A stretch of DNA of 64,000 nucleotides from Methylococcales bacterium (GCA_030949405.1 JAUZSN010000002.1:1720553-1784552), one strand, 5' to 3'; shown: positions 19,985 through 31,285, numbered from the stretch's first letter. Made by a program: numbers and translations. The notes: generated by a model from the letters alone, not told the origin.

Positions 19985-20961
19985 TATGCGAAAGTAGTGT
20001 TTAAAAAAGAATCAAATGAGCGTTTAAGTTGCACGGTTTGTTGTTGAGCGGTGGTGGTTTGGTAAAACTGTTGGGTTTGTTCACGAGGAATACCCAGTTG
20101 ACTAAAATACCAGCCAATATGTTTACGCGCTATTCTAACCCCGCCTTTTTCACCATAAAAATGGTGTAACTGCTCAAGATGCGTAAAGATGGTTTGAATC
20201 ATCTGGGGGAAACTTAATGGGGTGTACGTTCCCTCCTTTAAGTATTGCTGAAAATAATTAAAAACCCACGGTTGTCCTTGTACATTACGCCCAATCATGA
20301 CCGCATCGGCGTTTGTATACTTTAAAACAAACGCGGCTTTTTTAGGGCTATTAATATCACCATTCGCAATAATAGGGATCGTTACGCTTTGCTTCACCCT
20401 TTTAATGGTCTCATATTCGGCAAGGCCATTAAACTTACAGGCGCGTGTTCGTCCGTGAATGGTTAACGCGGCGATACCACTGTTTTCAGCTAATTTTGCA
20501 ATGTTTAAGGCGTTGCGATTTTCTAAATCCCACCCTGTTCTAATTTTAAGGGTGACAGGAATATCGACCGCATTCACGACAGCGTCTAAAATAGAGGCAA
20601 CTAATGACTCATTTTTTAGTAAGGCTGATCCTGCGGCCACCGCACAGACTTTTTTAGCGGGGCAACCCATATTAATATCAATAATATCGGCCCCTTGTTG
20701 CTGATTAAAACGAGCGGCTTCGGCCATAACGAGCGGTTCTGTTCCCAAAATTTGAACCATTCGTAGGCCATTTTCATTGCTCAGATCGGATTTCAGGCGG
20801 GTTCTTCTGTGTGAACGGAGACTTGGATTAGACGAAATCATTTCTGATACCGCAAGACCTGCCCCATAATTTCTACATAAATTTCTAAAGGGTTGGTCAG
20901 TAATCCCTGCCATAGGCGCAAGAATGAGTTTGTTTTTAAGCGTATGTGAACCAATTCTCAT
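19984..20961 (-). CDS. dusB: tRNA-dihydrouridine synthase B.
   Basis: [31 protein letters not shown]. It forms the dusB-fis operon. Confidence 0.92.
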   Translation of the reverse strand: MRIGSHTLKNKLILAPMAGITDQPFRNLCRNYGAGLAVSEMISSNPSLRSHRRTRLKSDLSNENGLRMVQILGTEPLVMAEAARFNQQQGADIIDINMGCPAKKVCAVAAGSALLKNESLVASILDAVVNAVDIPVTLKIRTGWDLENRNALNIAKLAENSGIAALTIHGRTRACKFNGLAEYETIKRVKQSVTIPIIANGDINSPKKAAFVLKYTNADAVMIGRNVQGQPWVFNYFQQYLKEGTYTPLSFPQMIQTIFTHLEQLHHFYGEKGGVRIARKHIGWYFSQLGIPREQTQQFYQTTTAQQQTVQLKRSFDSFLNTTFA

Positions 20962-21269
20962 GTTGCTACAAAGTTAAAAATAGGCAGTTTATTTTAACCT
21001 AAGATGCCGTAAAAGCACGTTAATTTTTATAAATGACTTTAAAAATAGGAAAATTAAGCTAAATTTTAGATCGTGAGTGCCAGCTTAAGTAAAACCTATT
21101 TTATATTGCGGCATTTGAAAAGCTGTAACGCGACATGCTTTGTTAATTCTGAAGCTAAAAATAAAACGGGGGTTCTAGCTTTCCATTTTATGCTCATGCT
21201 GTGCTATTATTAGCATCATTGCAAGCAGCCGCTGTCTATTTAAAATAAGTTATCTACTCAAAATAAGTT

Positions 21270-22406
21270 ATGTCTATAAATATTAATGTTGGAATTATTG
21301 GCTTTTCTCACCATGAACAAGAAAAATTTAAGTGGATATTTGGCGCGGGTTTAGAACGTGACCGTACTTATCACTTAAAAGATCTCGCGGTGGATGAAAA
21401 TATTGATCTTTTAATTGTAAAAACAGCCGCAGAGTCGGCCTTAAAAAAATTAGAAAGTTATCAGCAGCAGTATGGTGAAATGCCAGTGGTTACTGCGGGG
21501 CGTGAAGCCGTTGAAGGCTATGAGTATCATATTCAAGGGGTTTTGTTACTCAGTCGGGTATTGAAGGTGTTGGATTTAGTGGCGTTAATGGCTAACGATG
21601 ACTCTAAACCGCAACTAGAGCGACAACAGTCGGTTGATAGTGATAGTGTTAATGTGGGTGGGCAATATGATATTTTGGTTGTCAATGAAGATGAAGATAA
21701 TCGTCAATTATTACGCAATGAACTCCTTAAATCCGATATTCCTTTAAATATTGATTTTGCCTTAAATGATGCGTTTGCAATTGAAAAGATTAATGAAAAA
21801 TATTATGATTTTTTGTTTGTTGATGCGGAAACGGCTAATTTTGAAGCCATTGATCAAAGTTTAAAAGCCAATGATCGTTCATCGGTAGTGATGCCGACAA
21901 CTAAAGCGGAAGCGGTTGAGTATTCACATGTGGTTCTTAGAATTTTAAAATCATTTGCCGATGCGGATAATATGATTGTGTCTAGTGATACGGATGATAT
22001 TGACCATTCAGGTTATCGTGTTCTTGTGGTGGATGATAGTGAAATGATGCACAAAGCATTAAAACTTGAATTTGATAAATCAGGGATTAATTTACAGGCC
22101 GATTATGTTCTTGATGGCAGTGCAGCCTTGATAAATTTAGAAACGAAACACTATGATTTCATTTTCCTTGATGTGATGATGCCCGGTCTTGATGGTTTTG
22201 AAACCTGTGCGAAAATTCGTAAAATAGAAAAAATGTCCAAATTACCGATCATTATGTTAACGGCAAAAACATCGCCGCTTGATGAGGTTAAAGGGATTAT
22301 TTCAGGGTGTACGACGTATTTGACTAAGCCTATTGAATCGGATGAGTTTCAAAAAATGTTATTACGCATTATGCGCTGGATAAAAGATTTTAATTATAAA
22401 GATTAG
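21270..22406 (+). CDS. Receiver-only response regulator. It has a canonical C-terminal REC domain preceded by two degenerate receiver-like domains.
   Basis: The C-terminal VLVVDDSEMM...FLDVMMPGLDG...LTAK...TKP has the full D-D-D-T-K set. The middle domain reads VVNEDED...FLFVDAE. Confidence 0.75.
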   Translation: MSININVGIIGFSHHEQEKFKWIFGAGLERDRTYHLKDLAVDENIDLLIVKTAAESALKKLESYQQQYGEMPVVTAGREAVEGYEYHIQGVLLLSRVLKVLDLVALMANDDSKPQLERQQSVDSDSVNVGGQYDILVVNEDEDNRQLLRNELLKSDIPLNIDFALNDAFAIEKINEKYYDFLFVDAETANFEAIDQSLKANDRSSVVMPTTKAEAVEYSHVVLRILKSFADADNMIVSSDTDDIDHSGYRVLVVDDSEMMHKALKLEFDKSGINLQADYVLDGSAALINLETKHYDFIFLDVMMPGLDGFETCAKIRKIEKMSKLPIIMLTAKTSPLDEVKGIISGCTTYLTKPIESDEFQKMLLRIMRWIKDFNYKD

Positions 22407-22558
22407 GCATCCTTCATTTCTCAATTTACAGTTTAAATCGGAGTCCAATAGCTTAAGCTATTGGCGGGTTACGAAAATAGCTAACGTTATTTTATTCCAC
22501 ACTATTTTTTAAGAATAAAGTGTAAACTACTTCTGAGCTAAATGAAAGATGCGAAAAA
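22407..22558. repeat. Copy A of a conserved structured non-coding element of about 150 bp; the second copy is at 33896-34049.
   Basis: About 88% identical to 33896-34049. It contains the perfect palindrome ccaatagcttaagctattgg and the hairpin aaaatagctaacgttatttt. Confidence 0.7.
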
Positions 22559-22631
22559 TTAGGTCAGAAAACTGTCATCACAGACGCTGAACTTAATATA
22601 TTTTAAATTTTTGTGCGTGATCGCTAAATTG

Positions 22632-22692
22632 ACTAAAAATAAATGGAGAGGCGATTTTCAGGTCGCTATTGTCTTGATAATAGGGTCTCTCC
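22632..22692 (-). terminator. Putative intrinsic terminator for pmbA, read on the minus strand.
   Basis: The inverted repeat ggagag...ctctcc, with an inner gcg...cgc hairpin, is followed on the minus strand by a U-rich tract (atttattttt). Confidence 0.45.
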
Positions 22693-22741
22693 AGATATTT
22701 GTTGCTTAGATTAACGCAATGCCATTCAGTCGATTTTTTAA

Positions 22742-24070
22742 TTAAGCGGCTATTGACATTTCTTCAATTAAAATAGAGCCCGTCCTAATATTTCCACGTT
22801 GATCGACATCATTGCCAATGGCGACTAAGTTTTTAAACATATCTTTAAGATTTGCCGCAATGGTGATTTCTTCTACAGGGTATAAAATTTCTCCATTTTC
22901 CACCCAAAATCCTGCCGCTCCTCGTGAATAATCGCCTGTCATCGGGTTAACGCCTTGCCCCATTAACTCGGTTACAAATAAGCCTGTATCCAATTTTTTT
23001 AATAAATGATCAAAATCATCATTATGAGCTTTAAGCGTTAGATTGCGAACCCCGCCTGCATTTCCTGTGCTTCTCATCCCTAGTTTTTTAGCGGAATAAC
23101 TGCTTAAAAGATAACTTTTTAAGATTCCATTTGCAATAATATCGCGGTTTTGAGTGGCAACGCCTTCACTATCAAACGCAGCACTGCCTAACGCGCCCTT
23201 TAGATGAGGTTGTTCGTGAATATGAACAAAATCAGGAAAAATTTGAGTATCAAGACGGTCTAATAAAAAAGTTGATTTTCGGTATAGACTGCTGCCACTA
23301 ATAGCCCCCATTAATGAACTTAATAAACCTGAGGCCATTTCAGGGCTGTATAAAACGGGAGCCGTACGAGTGGTTAAAGAGCGACTTCCTAGGCGTTTTA
23401 AGGCTCGTTCCGCCGCTTTTTGTCCAATATTCACGCCTTTTTCCAAATCATTGGCATCTCGCATGACGCTGTACCAATAATTTGTTTGCATATCATCGCC
23501 GCGTTGGGCGATCACAGAGCAGCTCATCAAATGATGGGTGGCTTGCTGTCCCTGTAAAAATCCTAAACTATTGCCTAAGATTTGAATGCTTTGATGAGTA
23601 TTAACACTGGCCCCATCAGAATTTGTAATTTCAGGATGAAAACTCCGCCCTGCATTTTCACATTCAATAGCGAGTTGAATCGCGTCTTCAACACTTAATT
23701 CCCACGGATGATTAAGTTCTAAATCAGGAAACTCGGTGGCAAGCAATTCAGGCTCAGGTAATCCTGAAAAGGCATCTTCACTGGAAAATTTAGCAATACT
23801 ACACGCCGCTTTAACCGTTTCTTCTATCGACTTTGTTGATAAATCGGTACTGCTTGCCGAGCCTTTACGTTGGCCAAAATAGACGCTAATCCCTAATCCT
23901 TGATTACAGTCATGTTCTAGGGTCTCAACATCGCCTAAACGCGCACTGACTGAAAGCCCTGTGCTGGTACTGAGGCCCACTTTTGCGGCACTTGCCCCTA
24001 ACTTTTTAGCTTCATCGAGCGCGTCCTGAACCCGATTTTTTAATGACTCTATTTGATTTGAAGTTTGCAA
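22742..24070 (-). CDS. pmbA: Metalloprotease PmbA (TldE).
   Basis: GISVYFGQRKGSASSTDLS matches the E. coli PmbA motif. Length is 442 aa. Confidence 0.9.
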   Translation of the reverse strand: MQTSNQIESLKNRVQDALDEAKKLGASAAKVGLSTSTGLSVSARLGDVETLEHDCNQGLGISVYFGQRKGSASSTDLSTKSIEETVKAACSIAKFSSEDAFSGLPEPELLATEFPDLELNHPWELSVEDAIQLAIECENAGRSFHPEITNSDGASVNTHQSIQILGNSLGFLQGQQATHHLMSCSVIAQRGDDMQTNYWYSVMRDANDLEKGVNIGQKAAERALKRLGSRSLTTRTAPVLYSPEMASGLLSSLMGAISGSSLYRKSTFLLDRLDTQIFPDFVHIHEQPHLKGALGSAAFDSEGVATQNRDIIANGILKSYLLSSYSAKKLGMRSTGNAGGVRNLTLKAHNDDFDHLLKKLDTGLFVTELMGQGVNPMTGDYSRGAAGFWVENGEILYPVEEITIAANLKDMFKNLVAIGNDVDQRGNIRTGSILIEEMSIAA

Positions 24071-24146
24071 AATAAATTTCCTTTGTCGTTAACTAGTGAG
24101 AGGATTAGTAACGTCTATTGATTACATTTTCTCAAAATAATAAGGG

Positions 24147-25592
24147 TTAAACGCTTGTTCCACCGACGGTTAAGCCATCAATTTTTAAAGTGGGTTGTCC
24201 TACGCCGACGGGGACACTTTGGCCTTCTTTACCACAAGTGCCTACGCCACTATCGAGTTCTAAATCATTCCCCACCATGGAGACTTTTGTGAGGACTTCA
24301 GGGCCATTACCAATTAAGGTTGCTCCCTTAACAGGGCGGGTAATTTTACCGTTTTCAATGAGATAAACTTCGGTGGTTGAAAAAACAAATTTCCCCGAGG
24401 TAATATCCACTTGCCCGCCGCCAAAGTTTTTAGCATACAAACCTTTTTTAACCGATTGAATAATTTCATCGGGATGATGCTCACCCGCTAACATATAAGT
24501 GTTTGTCATTCTAGGCATAGGCAAATAGGCGTAAGACTCACGGCGACCATTGCCCGTTAAAGGCTGGTTCATCAACCGAGCATTTAATTTATCTTGCATA
24601 TAGCCTTTGAGAATCCCTTTTTCAATTAAAACCGTTTTTTCGGTCGGGGTGCCTTCATCATCTATACTCAATGATCCCCGACGGTTTTCTAATGTTCCAT
24701 CATCAACCACGGTACATAAATCGGAAGCAACGCGTTCGCCCATTTTTCCACTAAACGCGGAAGTTTTTTTACGGTTAAAATCACCTTCCAAACCATGACC
24801 TACGGCTTCATGTAATAAAATTCCTGGCCATCCTGAGCCTAACACCACGGTCATATTGCCTGCGGGTGCATTAATGGCTTCTAAATTCACTAAGGCTTGT
24901 CGAAGGGCTTCTTTTCCATACGTTAAGGCGGTATCTTCATTCATAAAATAATGATAATCAGTCCGAGAGCCTCCGCCCATACTGCCTTGTTCGCGTCGCC
25001 CTTTATCTTCAATAATAACACTGACATTCATCCGCACTAACGGTCTAATGTCGGCTACTAATGAGCCATCTTGATTCGCAATGAGGACATACTCATGCAC
25101 CCCTGCTAAACTCACAATCACCTCTTCAATACGAGGGTCTAATTTTCGGGTTTCACTGTCAACACGGCGTAATAAATCAACTTTTTGTTGGTCTGAAAAG
25201 GATTTTAATGGGTTTTGATGGGTGTAATAGTGTTTCCATGTTGAGGGAGATTTGATGGCAACGCGCGCATTCTGCCCTTGTCTTACAATCGCCTTAACGC
25301 TATTAGCCGCGTTTAATAACGTGGCTAATTCGATTCGGTCAGAGTAGGCAAACCCTGTCTTATCTCCACATACAGCACGAACGCCCGCGCCTTGCTCTAT
25401 ATTATAACTTCCTTCTTTTATGATACCTGATTCTAAGACCCATGATTCATGATGGCTTGATTGAAAATAAATGTCAGCAATATCCACTTTTGCGGAGAGA
25501 AGTTGGTTCATGACCTCATCAATTTGTTGAGGTTGTAAACCACTCGGCGTGAGGATTGCAGTTTGACTAAGGCTTAAATGATTAGTAGGCAT
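24147..25592 (-). CDS. tldD: Metalloprotease TldD.
   Basis: The [11 protein letters not shown] metal-binding motif is present. Length is 481 aa. Confidence 0.92.
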   Translation of the reverse strand: MPTNHLSLSQTAILTPSGLQPQQIDEVMNQLLSAKVDIADIYFQSSHHESWVLESGIIKEGSYNIEQGAGVRAVCGDKTGFAYSDRIELATLLNAANSVKAIVRQGQNARVAIKSPSTWKHYYTHQNPLKSFSDQQKVDLLRRVDSETRKLDPRIEEVIVSLAGVHEYVLIANQDGSLVADIRPLVRMNVSVIIEDKGRREQGSMGGGSRTDYHYFMNEDTALTYGKEALRQALVNLEAINAPAGNMTVVLGSGWPGILLHEAVGHGLEGDFNRKKTSAFSGKMGERVASDLCTVVDDGTLENRRGSLSIDDEGTPTEKTVLIEKGILKGYMQDKLNARLMNQPLTGNGRRESYAYLPMPRMTNTYMLAGEHHPDEIIQSVKKGLYAKNFGGGQVDITSGKFVFSTTEVYLIENGKITRPVKGATLIGNGPEVLTKVSMVGNDLELDSGVGTCGKEGQSVPVGVGQPTLKIDGLTVGGTSV

Positions 25593-25887
25593 AAATAGTT
25601 GTGTGGGTTCTTTTAGAATAGATTGATAGCAAGATTTCTAACGACATGTTTGATAGAGGAGGTTAGGTAACAAAGTAAAAAACAAGTTTTTATTTTTCAA
25701 TTTACACGCTATTTTTTATTTGTTGGTATCCTATCAATTTAGAAATTAAGTGAGTATATTATAGCCTATAAATTGATTCGTTTAATGGCCTATGTTTGCT
25801 GACTTAATTACTTTTTTGATGGATTTTATCGATTATTTAGGATGATTGATTCAACTTGCAACGCCTTTTTCATAAAGTATAATGCCT

Positions 25888-26108
25888 CAATACTTCGGAC
25901 AGTTTTAAAAAAGATAGCGGTCTTAATTCTATAAGGCATTGATTTTAAAGGGTTTTATATTTACGAGATGTGTTGGTAAATTCTTTTTTAAATCAATGGG
26001 TTACAAACACTGTCCGAACTATTGCTTTTCAGGAAATTGTTGCTTTAGAAACTACATTTTCCTATGAATTGAAGATTTCCTCTACTTTTAAAACTGTCCG
26101 AAGTATTG
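25888..26108. repeat. 221-bp element bounded by perfect 22-bp inverted repeats (CAATACTTCGGACAGTTTTAAA / TTTAAAACTGTCCGAAGTATTG). A third partial copy of the motif lies at 26006-26025.
   Basis: Read directly from the sequence, in the tldD-cpdA divergent intergenic region. A nested inverted repeat is also present: cattgattttaaa (25937-25949) and tttaaatcaatg (25989-26000). Confidence 0.7.
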
Positions 26109-26242
26109 ACACAAACAACGCATTGGTTTTTAGAACGGGGGTTTCACATTTCTGACAAACAGTCATTGCCCTATTCTTTAAAGCATTATTATAATTCTGA
26201 TAGAAATTCAAAAATTCTCTATAAAGACATCCTGAATTAGCC

Positions 26243-27049
26243 ATGAAAACCATTTTACCGCCGATTTCAATTTTACACATTTCTGATTTCCATGTTTTAC
26301 CTACAACGGGTGAGACCCTGTTGGGCATTGATACGGAATATTATTTTAAGCGTATTTTAAAGGCCGCTCATGAACGTCATGGCAAATTTGATTTAATTGT
26401 CGCCTCGGGTGATCTTGCTCAACAGCCTTGTGTGGATAGTTATCAACGCATCCATAAAGTATTTTCGAAGTATGACACTAAAACAATTTGTCTTCCAGGT
26501 AATCATGATGATTACGCCTTAATGACGTGGTTATTAAATAAAGATAAAGTGAGTTGTGAAAAGCAACTGTTACTAGAAAATTGGCAAATTATTTGCCTTA
26601 ATAGTAAAAAACCTAATGATGCGGGGGGAAAGCTAACCGCCCTAGAGTTGGATTTTTTGGAAAAAACACTTAAGAAAAAGCAACGACCTCATGTCATGGT
26701 TGTTGTTCATCATCATTGTATTCCGAGTGAAAGTGAATGGCTAGATACCATGTTGATAGAAAATAGCCGTGAATTTCTGGATTGCCTCAAAGATTATTCT
26801 GAAGTGAAACTAATCGTAACAGGTCATATTCATCAATCAAGGGAAAGTTCGCAACAAGGACTTACTATTTTGAGTACCCCCTCTACGTGTTTTCAATTTA
26901 AACCTAAATGCAAAAACTTTACCTTAGATTCGGTTATGCCAGGCTATAGAGTGATTGAGTTATCCACAGAAGGAGCGATTAAAACGAATGTTCATCGGTT
27001 ATCGGGTGATCAAAATGAGCTTGAAAATAATCAGAATGGGTATCACTAA
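26243..27049 (+). CDS. cpdA: 3',5'-cyclic-nucleotide phosphodiesterase (metallophosphoesterase).
   Basis: ILHISDFH...DLIVASGDLAQ...LPGNHD are the calcineurin-like phosphoesterase motifs and match CpdA. Confidence 0.8.
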   Translation: MKTILPPISILHISDFHVLPTTGETLLGIDTEYYFKRILKAAHERHGKFDLIVASGDLAQQPCVDSYQRIHKVFSKYDTKTICLPGNHDDYALMTWLLNKDKVSCEKQLLLENWQIICLNSKKPNDAGGKLTALELDFLEKTLKKKQRPHVMVVVHHHCIPSESEWLDTMLIENSREFLDCLKDYSEVKLIVTGHIHQSRESSQQGLTILSTPSTCFQFKPKCKNFTLDSVMPGYRVIELSTEGAIKTNVHRLSGDQNELENNQNGYH

Positions 27050-27127
27050 TAACTAAAAATGAACCGAAAATTTATTTTTATCGCGACTAAATTAAACAAT
27101 TAAAGCTGCTGGCTACTTAAACCCTAC

Positions 27128-28267
27128 ATGAAATCAAGACTACCGCCGTTAAGTTTATATATTCATATTCCTTGGTGTATTCAAAAATGCCCCTATTGTG
27201 ATTTTAATTCACATGCGGTTAAGAGTGAATTGCCTGAATCGGCGTATATTACCGCGTTGTTAGATGACTTAGCGACGGAGATAGCGCATTTTCAAATAAC
27301 ACGACCGATTGAAAGTATTTTTATAGGAGGGGGAACGCCTAGTTTATTTTCGGCAGCCAGTATTTATCGGTTATTATCAGAAATTTCCAAACTCATTGTT
27401 ATAAAACCCGAGGCAGAAATTACCTTAGAAGCTAACCCAAATTCTGTTGAAAGCGAAAAATTTAAAGCATTTAGAGAGGCTGGCGTTAATCGGTTATCCA
27501 TAGGGATACAAAGTTTTAATGAGGCGCATTTAAAAAAATTAGGACGGGTACATACGATGACGGAAGCCATCAATGCAGCGGAAATAGCGCATTTATCAGG
27601 GTTTGATAACTTCAATTTAGATTTGATGTTTGGTCTTCCACAGCAAACGTCAGAACAAGCGGTAGCGGATGTTCAACGGGCTATTGATCTAAACCCTACT
27701 CATTTATCATTGTATCAATTAACGTTAGAACCGAATACGTATTTTCATCGATTTCCACCTAAATTACCGAAAGATTCATCAATTGTTACGATGCAAGAAA
27801 ATTGTCAGCACTTATTACGTGAACAAATGTTTGAACAATATGAGGTTTCCGCGTATTCAAAAAAGGGATCTCAGTGTCAACATAACCTTAATTACTGGAA
27901 ATTTGGTGATTATATTGGGATAGGAGCGGGTGCGCATGGTAAAATTAGTCAGTGCCTGCCGAATAAAATCTATCGAACGTTGAAACCAAAAAATCCTCAC
28001 GATTATTTAGAAAAAACTAAGAAAACCAGTAAACGCATTGCTGTAAAAGAGATACCTTTAGAATTTATGATGAATCAATTGCGTTTAAAACAAGGGTTTT
28101 CTCTTGAACATTATCAAAAAACAACCCAGTTATCAAAAATGACATTAGAGCCTGCGCTTACAAACTCGCTGGCTCAAAAATTGCTGTATGAACACGAAAA
28201 AAATTATTTTTGTACTGAAAAAGGGTGGGATTTTATGGATACGCTCTTAGAAAAATTTATTTCATAA
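27128..28267 (+). CDS. hemW: Radical SAM haem chaperone HemW (HemN-like).
   Basis: LSLYIHIPWCIQKCPYCDF is the CxxxCxxC motif of the HemN-like family. Length is 379 aa. Confidence 0.88.
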   Translation: MKSRLPPLSLYIHIPWCIQKCPYCDFNSHAVKSELPESAYITALLDDLATEIAHFQITRPIESIFIGGGTPSLFSAASIYRLLSEISKLIVIKPEAEITLEANPNSVESEKFKAFREAGVNRLSIGIQSFNEAHLKKLGRVHTMTEAINAAEIAHLSGFDNFNLDLMFGLPQQTSEQAVADVQRAIDLNPTHLSLYQLTLEPNTYFHRFPPKLPKDSSIVTMQENCQHLLREQMFEQYEVSAYSKKGSQCQHNLNYWKFGDYIGIGAGAHGKISQCLPNKIYRTLKPKNPHDYLEKTKKTSKRIAVKEIPLEFMMNQLRLKQGFSLEHYQKTTQLSKMTLEPALTNSLAQKLLYEHEKNYFCTEKGWDFMDTLLEKFIS

Positions 28268-28312
28268 GGTTTTCACTTATAATAGGGGTAATCTTTTTTT
28301 CGTGAAAACTTT

Positions 28313-28954
28313 ATGCTGGATTATCAAAAACAATTTATCGAATACGCGCTTGAATGTAATGTTCTTAAATTTGGGCGTTTTCAGTTAAAATCTGGCCGCG
28401 TAAGCCCCTATTTTTTTAATACAGGTTTATTTAATACAGGGACAAAACTTGACAAATTAGGTCACTTTTATGCCCAAGCTTTAATCGCATCAACGGTTAA
28501 TGTGGATATACTTTATGGACCTGCTTACAAGGGGATTCCTCTCGTTAGTACCACCTCTATTGCTTATTCAAGACTGAAAGGCTGTGATATTCCTTTTGCC
28601 TTTAATCGTAAAGAAGCTAAGGATCATGGGGAGGGTGGCGTTTTAGTGGGGTCGCCATTACAGGGTAATGTGGTTATTATTGATGATGTTATTACGGCAG
28701 GAACGTCGGTTCGAGAATCCATCGAAATTATTACTCAAGAAAATGCAACGCCTTCTGGCGTACTTATTGCATTGGATAGAGCTGAAAAAGGACAAAACGC
28801 ATTGTCTGCAACACGTGAAGTTGAACAGCGATTTAATATTCCTGTGATTGCTATTATTTGTTTAGCTGATATTATTGAATATTTAGACTTAAATGATAGC
28901 GATCAAAAACAGCTTATGATTATTAAAAATTATCAAAAACAATATGGTGTTTAG
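28313..28954 (+). CDS. pyrE: Orotate phosphoribosyltransferase.
   Basis: [33 protein letters not shown]. Length is 213 aa and the PRPP-binding motif [12 protein letters not shown] is present. Confidence 0.92.
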   Translation: MLDYQKQFIEYALECNVLKFGRFQLKSGRVSPYFFNTGLFNTGTKLDKLGHFYAQALIASTVNVDILYGPAYKGIPLVSTTSIAYSRLKGCDIPFAFNRKEAKDHGEGGVLVGSPLQGNVVIIDDVITAGTSVRESIEIITQENATPSGVLIALDRAEKGQNALSATREVEQRFNIPVIAIICLADIIEYLDLNDSDQKQLMIIKNYQKQYGV

Positions 28955-29086
28955 TAATTATCTTTAAATTAAATGAAAATACTTGATTAGTTAAACAGAT
29001 TTTAATATTTAGTCTACAATAGACCAGGATGATGACCATATTTTTGTTAATTTTTACACTATAGTGACAGCGGGAAAAGGCTTGCC

Positions 29087-31036
29087 ATGGGGAACTTGAA
29101 ATTCAAAGAACAGCTACATGAATACGCACAATGGCGTGGACAGCTTGCAAGTTCTATAGAAATGTACAGAGAATGGCGTCGCCGTTATGGAATGAGCGAC
29201 GTTCATAGCACTGATACGTTATTAAATATCCTTAGTGGGTTAGATAATGACCGAATTACCTTAGCTTTTGCAGCAGAATTTTCACGTGGAAAAACAGAGT
29301 TAATTAACTCTTTATTCTTTGCAGAAACAGGGGTTCGATTATTACCCTCATCACCTGGGCGGACAACAATGTGTCCGACAGAAATATTTTATGATAAAAA
29401 AGCTAAATCCTCCTACATTAGGGTTTTAGATATAAATACTCGGCTTGAAGATATTTCATTGGTAGAATACAAAGAAATGCCTGAAAGCTGGAAACAGATT
29501 TCGTTAGAGAAAAAAACTCCCGCCCAAATGCAAGATGCGTTTAAGCAGCTTGTTGCCGTTAAGACCGTTCCCGTTGCGATTGCAGATAAATTAGGTTTAT
29601 GGAATGAACGAGAAGCGGCAGAACAAGGACTTGCTAATGCGACGGAAGTTGAAATCCCTTGTTGGCGACACGCATTAATTAGTTTCCCCCATCCCTTGTT
29701 AGAAGAGGGACTCTCTATTCTTGATACCCCAGGGCTTAATGCTTTAGGAACCGAACCTGAGTTAACCCTGAGTATGCTGCCGAATGCGCAAGCGATTATT
29801 TTTGTTCTTGCGGCAGATACAGGCGTGACCAAAAGTGACCTTGAAATGTGGCGAAGTCATATTTGTAGTGCGCGTAATAACAAGCAAGGTCTTGCCGTGG
29901 TGATGAATAAGATTGATTCCATGTGGGATGATCTTGCAGGTGAGGCAGGCTATGAAAACTCAATCAAAAAGCAAATTAGCAGCTCATCCTCTATTTTAAA
30001 GATTGAAGAGCGATTAATATTTCCTGTTTCAGCGAAACAAGCGTTATTAGCTAAAGTGAAGTCAAATGCTGCGCTGTTAGAGCGAAGCCGCTTAAAGGGC
30101 TTGGAAAATTATCTTTCAGATGATATTTTAAAGCAGCGCCGTAAAATTTTAATGTCAACCATTCTTAAAGACATTGGTTTTTTAATTAATGAATCGTCCA
30201 ATTTAACGGATTCTAAGTTAGTTAATGCGACTAAACAGCTAGAAGAATTTAAAAAAGTTGATTTTGAAAATAAAGATATGACGGGTAAGTTAATGTCGGA
30301 AACACGCGACAGACAAAAAGCTTATGCATCAAATGTTGAAAACTTTCAAGCAAGTCGTCGTGTTTTTACGGTGCAAGCTAAAATTTTAATTGAATCCTTT
30401 GCTAAAGAGAAAATTGAAATCATTGTTCAGGAAACGAAAGGGGAAATGAGTAAAAGTTTAACCACGTTTGGAATGAAGAAAAATATTCGTAAATTATTTG
30501 ATGATCTGCGTGATTTATTACAAGATTCTATTGATATTACCAATGAAACGCGTCGCTTAGTGAAGGCGATTCATAAAAAGTTTCATGATGAATATGGTTT
30601 TAAAGAGATTGAACCTAAACTTTTTTCAATTAAACAGTATCAAGAAGAGTTAGAGGTTATTTTTTCGGAAGGTGAGGCTTTTCGTTCAAGCACAAAAACA
30701 ACCATGACGGAACAAAGCGTTGTGGTTAATAAGCTCTACAGTACATTGATAGCAAAAGCTAAAAACATTTTAAAACAAGCTTACAAAGATTCGTTAACGT
30801 GGAGTAATGGCGTATTAGTCCCTTTAATGCACCAAATTAAAGATCACAAAAAACAAATTGAAAGTCGCTTACAGATGTTGAAAAAAATCAACGAATCTAA
30901 AGGCAGTGTATCTGAAAATATTGCCCATCTTAAATTGGAATTAGAACCTTTGAAACAACAACGAAAAGAACTTTCTTTTATTATTAAAGAAATGCAGATT
31001 GAAGCCTTTCGTGAAAAAGAAGGCGTTAGTTCGTAA
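29087..31036 (+). CDS. Bacterial dynamin-like GTPase (649 aa).
   Basis: The P-loop AAEFSRGKTELINSL, DTPG (LDTPGLNA) and a long helical stalk place it in the dynamin family. Confidence 0.75.
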   Translation: MGNLKFKEQLHEYAQWRGQLASSIEMYREWRRRYGMSDVHSTDTLLNILSGLDNDRITLAFAAEFSRGKTELINSLFFAETGVRLLPSSPGRTTMCPTEIFYDKKAKSSYIRVLDINTRLEDISLVEYKEMPESWKQISLEKKTPAQMQDAFKQLVAVKTVPVAIADKLGLWNEREAAEQGLANATEVEIPCWRHALISFPHPLLEEGLSILDTPGLNALGTEPELTLSMLPNAQAIIFVLAADTGVTKSDLEMWRSHICSARNNKQGLAVVMNKIDSMWDDLAGEAGYENSIKKQISSSSSILKIEERLIFPVSAKQALLAKVKSNAALLERSRLKGLENYLSDDILKQRRKILMSTILKDIGFLINESSNLTDSKLVNATKQLEEFKKVDFENKDMTGKLMSETRDRQKAYASNVENFQASRRVFTVQAKILIESFAKEKIEIIVQETKGEMSKSLTTFGMKKNIRKLFDDLRDLLQDSIDITNETRRLVKAIHKKFHDEYGFKEIEPKLFSIKQYQEELEVIFSEGEAFRSSTKTTMTEQSVVVNKLYSTLIAKAKNILKQAYKDSLTWSNGVLVPLMHQIKDHKKQIESRLQMLKKINESKGSVSENIAHLKLELEPLKQQRKELSFIIKEMQIEAFREKEGVSS

Positions 31037-31285
31037 AGTTACAAGCCCTTCCTAACGTAAGCGTCTTTGAAAATTAAATAACACGCTTACAATCCACGTT
31101 CTTTTACCCATCAATCAACGGGTAATAAGTTAAGACCTTATTTTTAAGGGCCTAATTTTTATTAGTTTTCCTCGTATTAATCAATAAACACTAAATCCCA
31201 TTGTTATTGACCCTACTCTTTAGGTCTCTGTCAATTTTAATGGCTTATTCTTAAGTAACGTTAACTCAATAAAAGGTAGGTCATT

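Noticed and set aside
25970-26328. Small ORFs (61 aa and 88 aa) in the tldD-cpdA intergenic region
   Set aside because: They overlap the inverted-repeat element, have no ribosome-binding site or conservation signal, and the 88-aa ORF overlaps the cpdA start.
29413-29832. 139-aa minus-strand ORF
   Set aside because: It is antisense inside the dynamin-like gene and has GC-biased chance-ORF composition.
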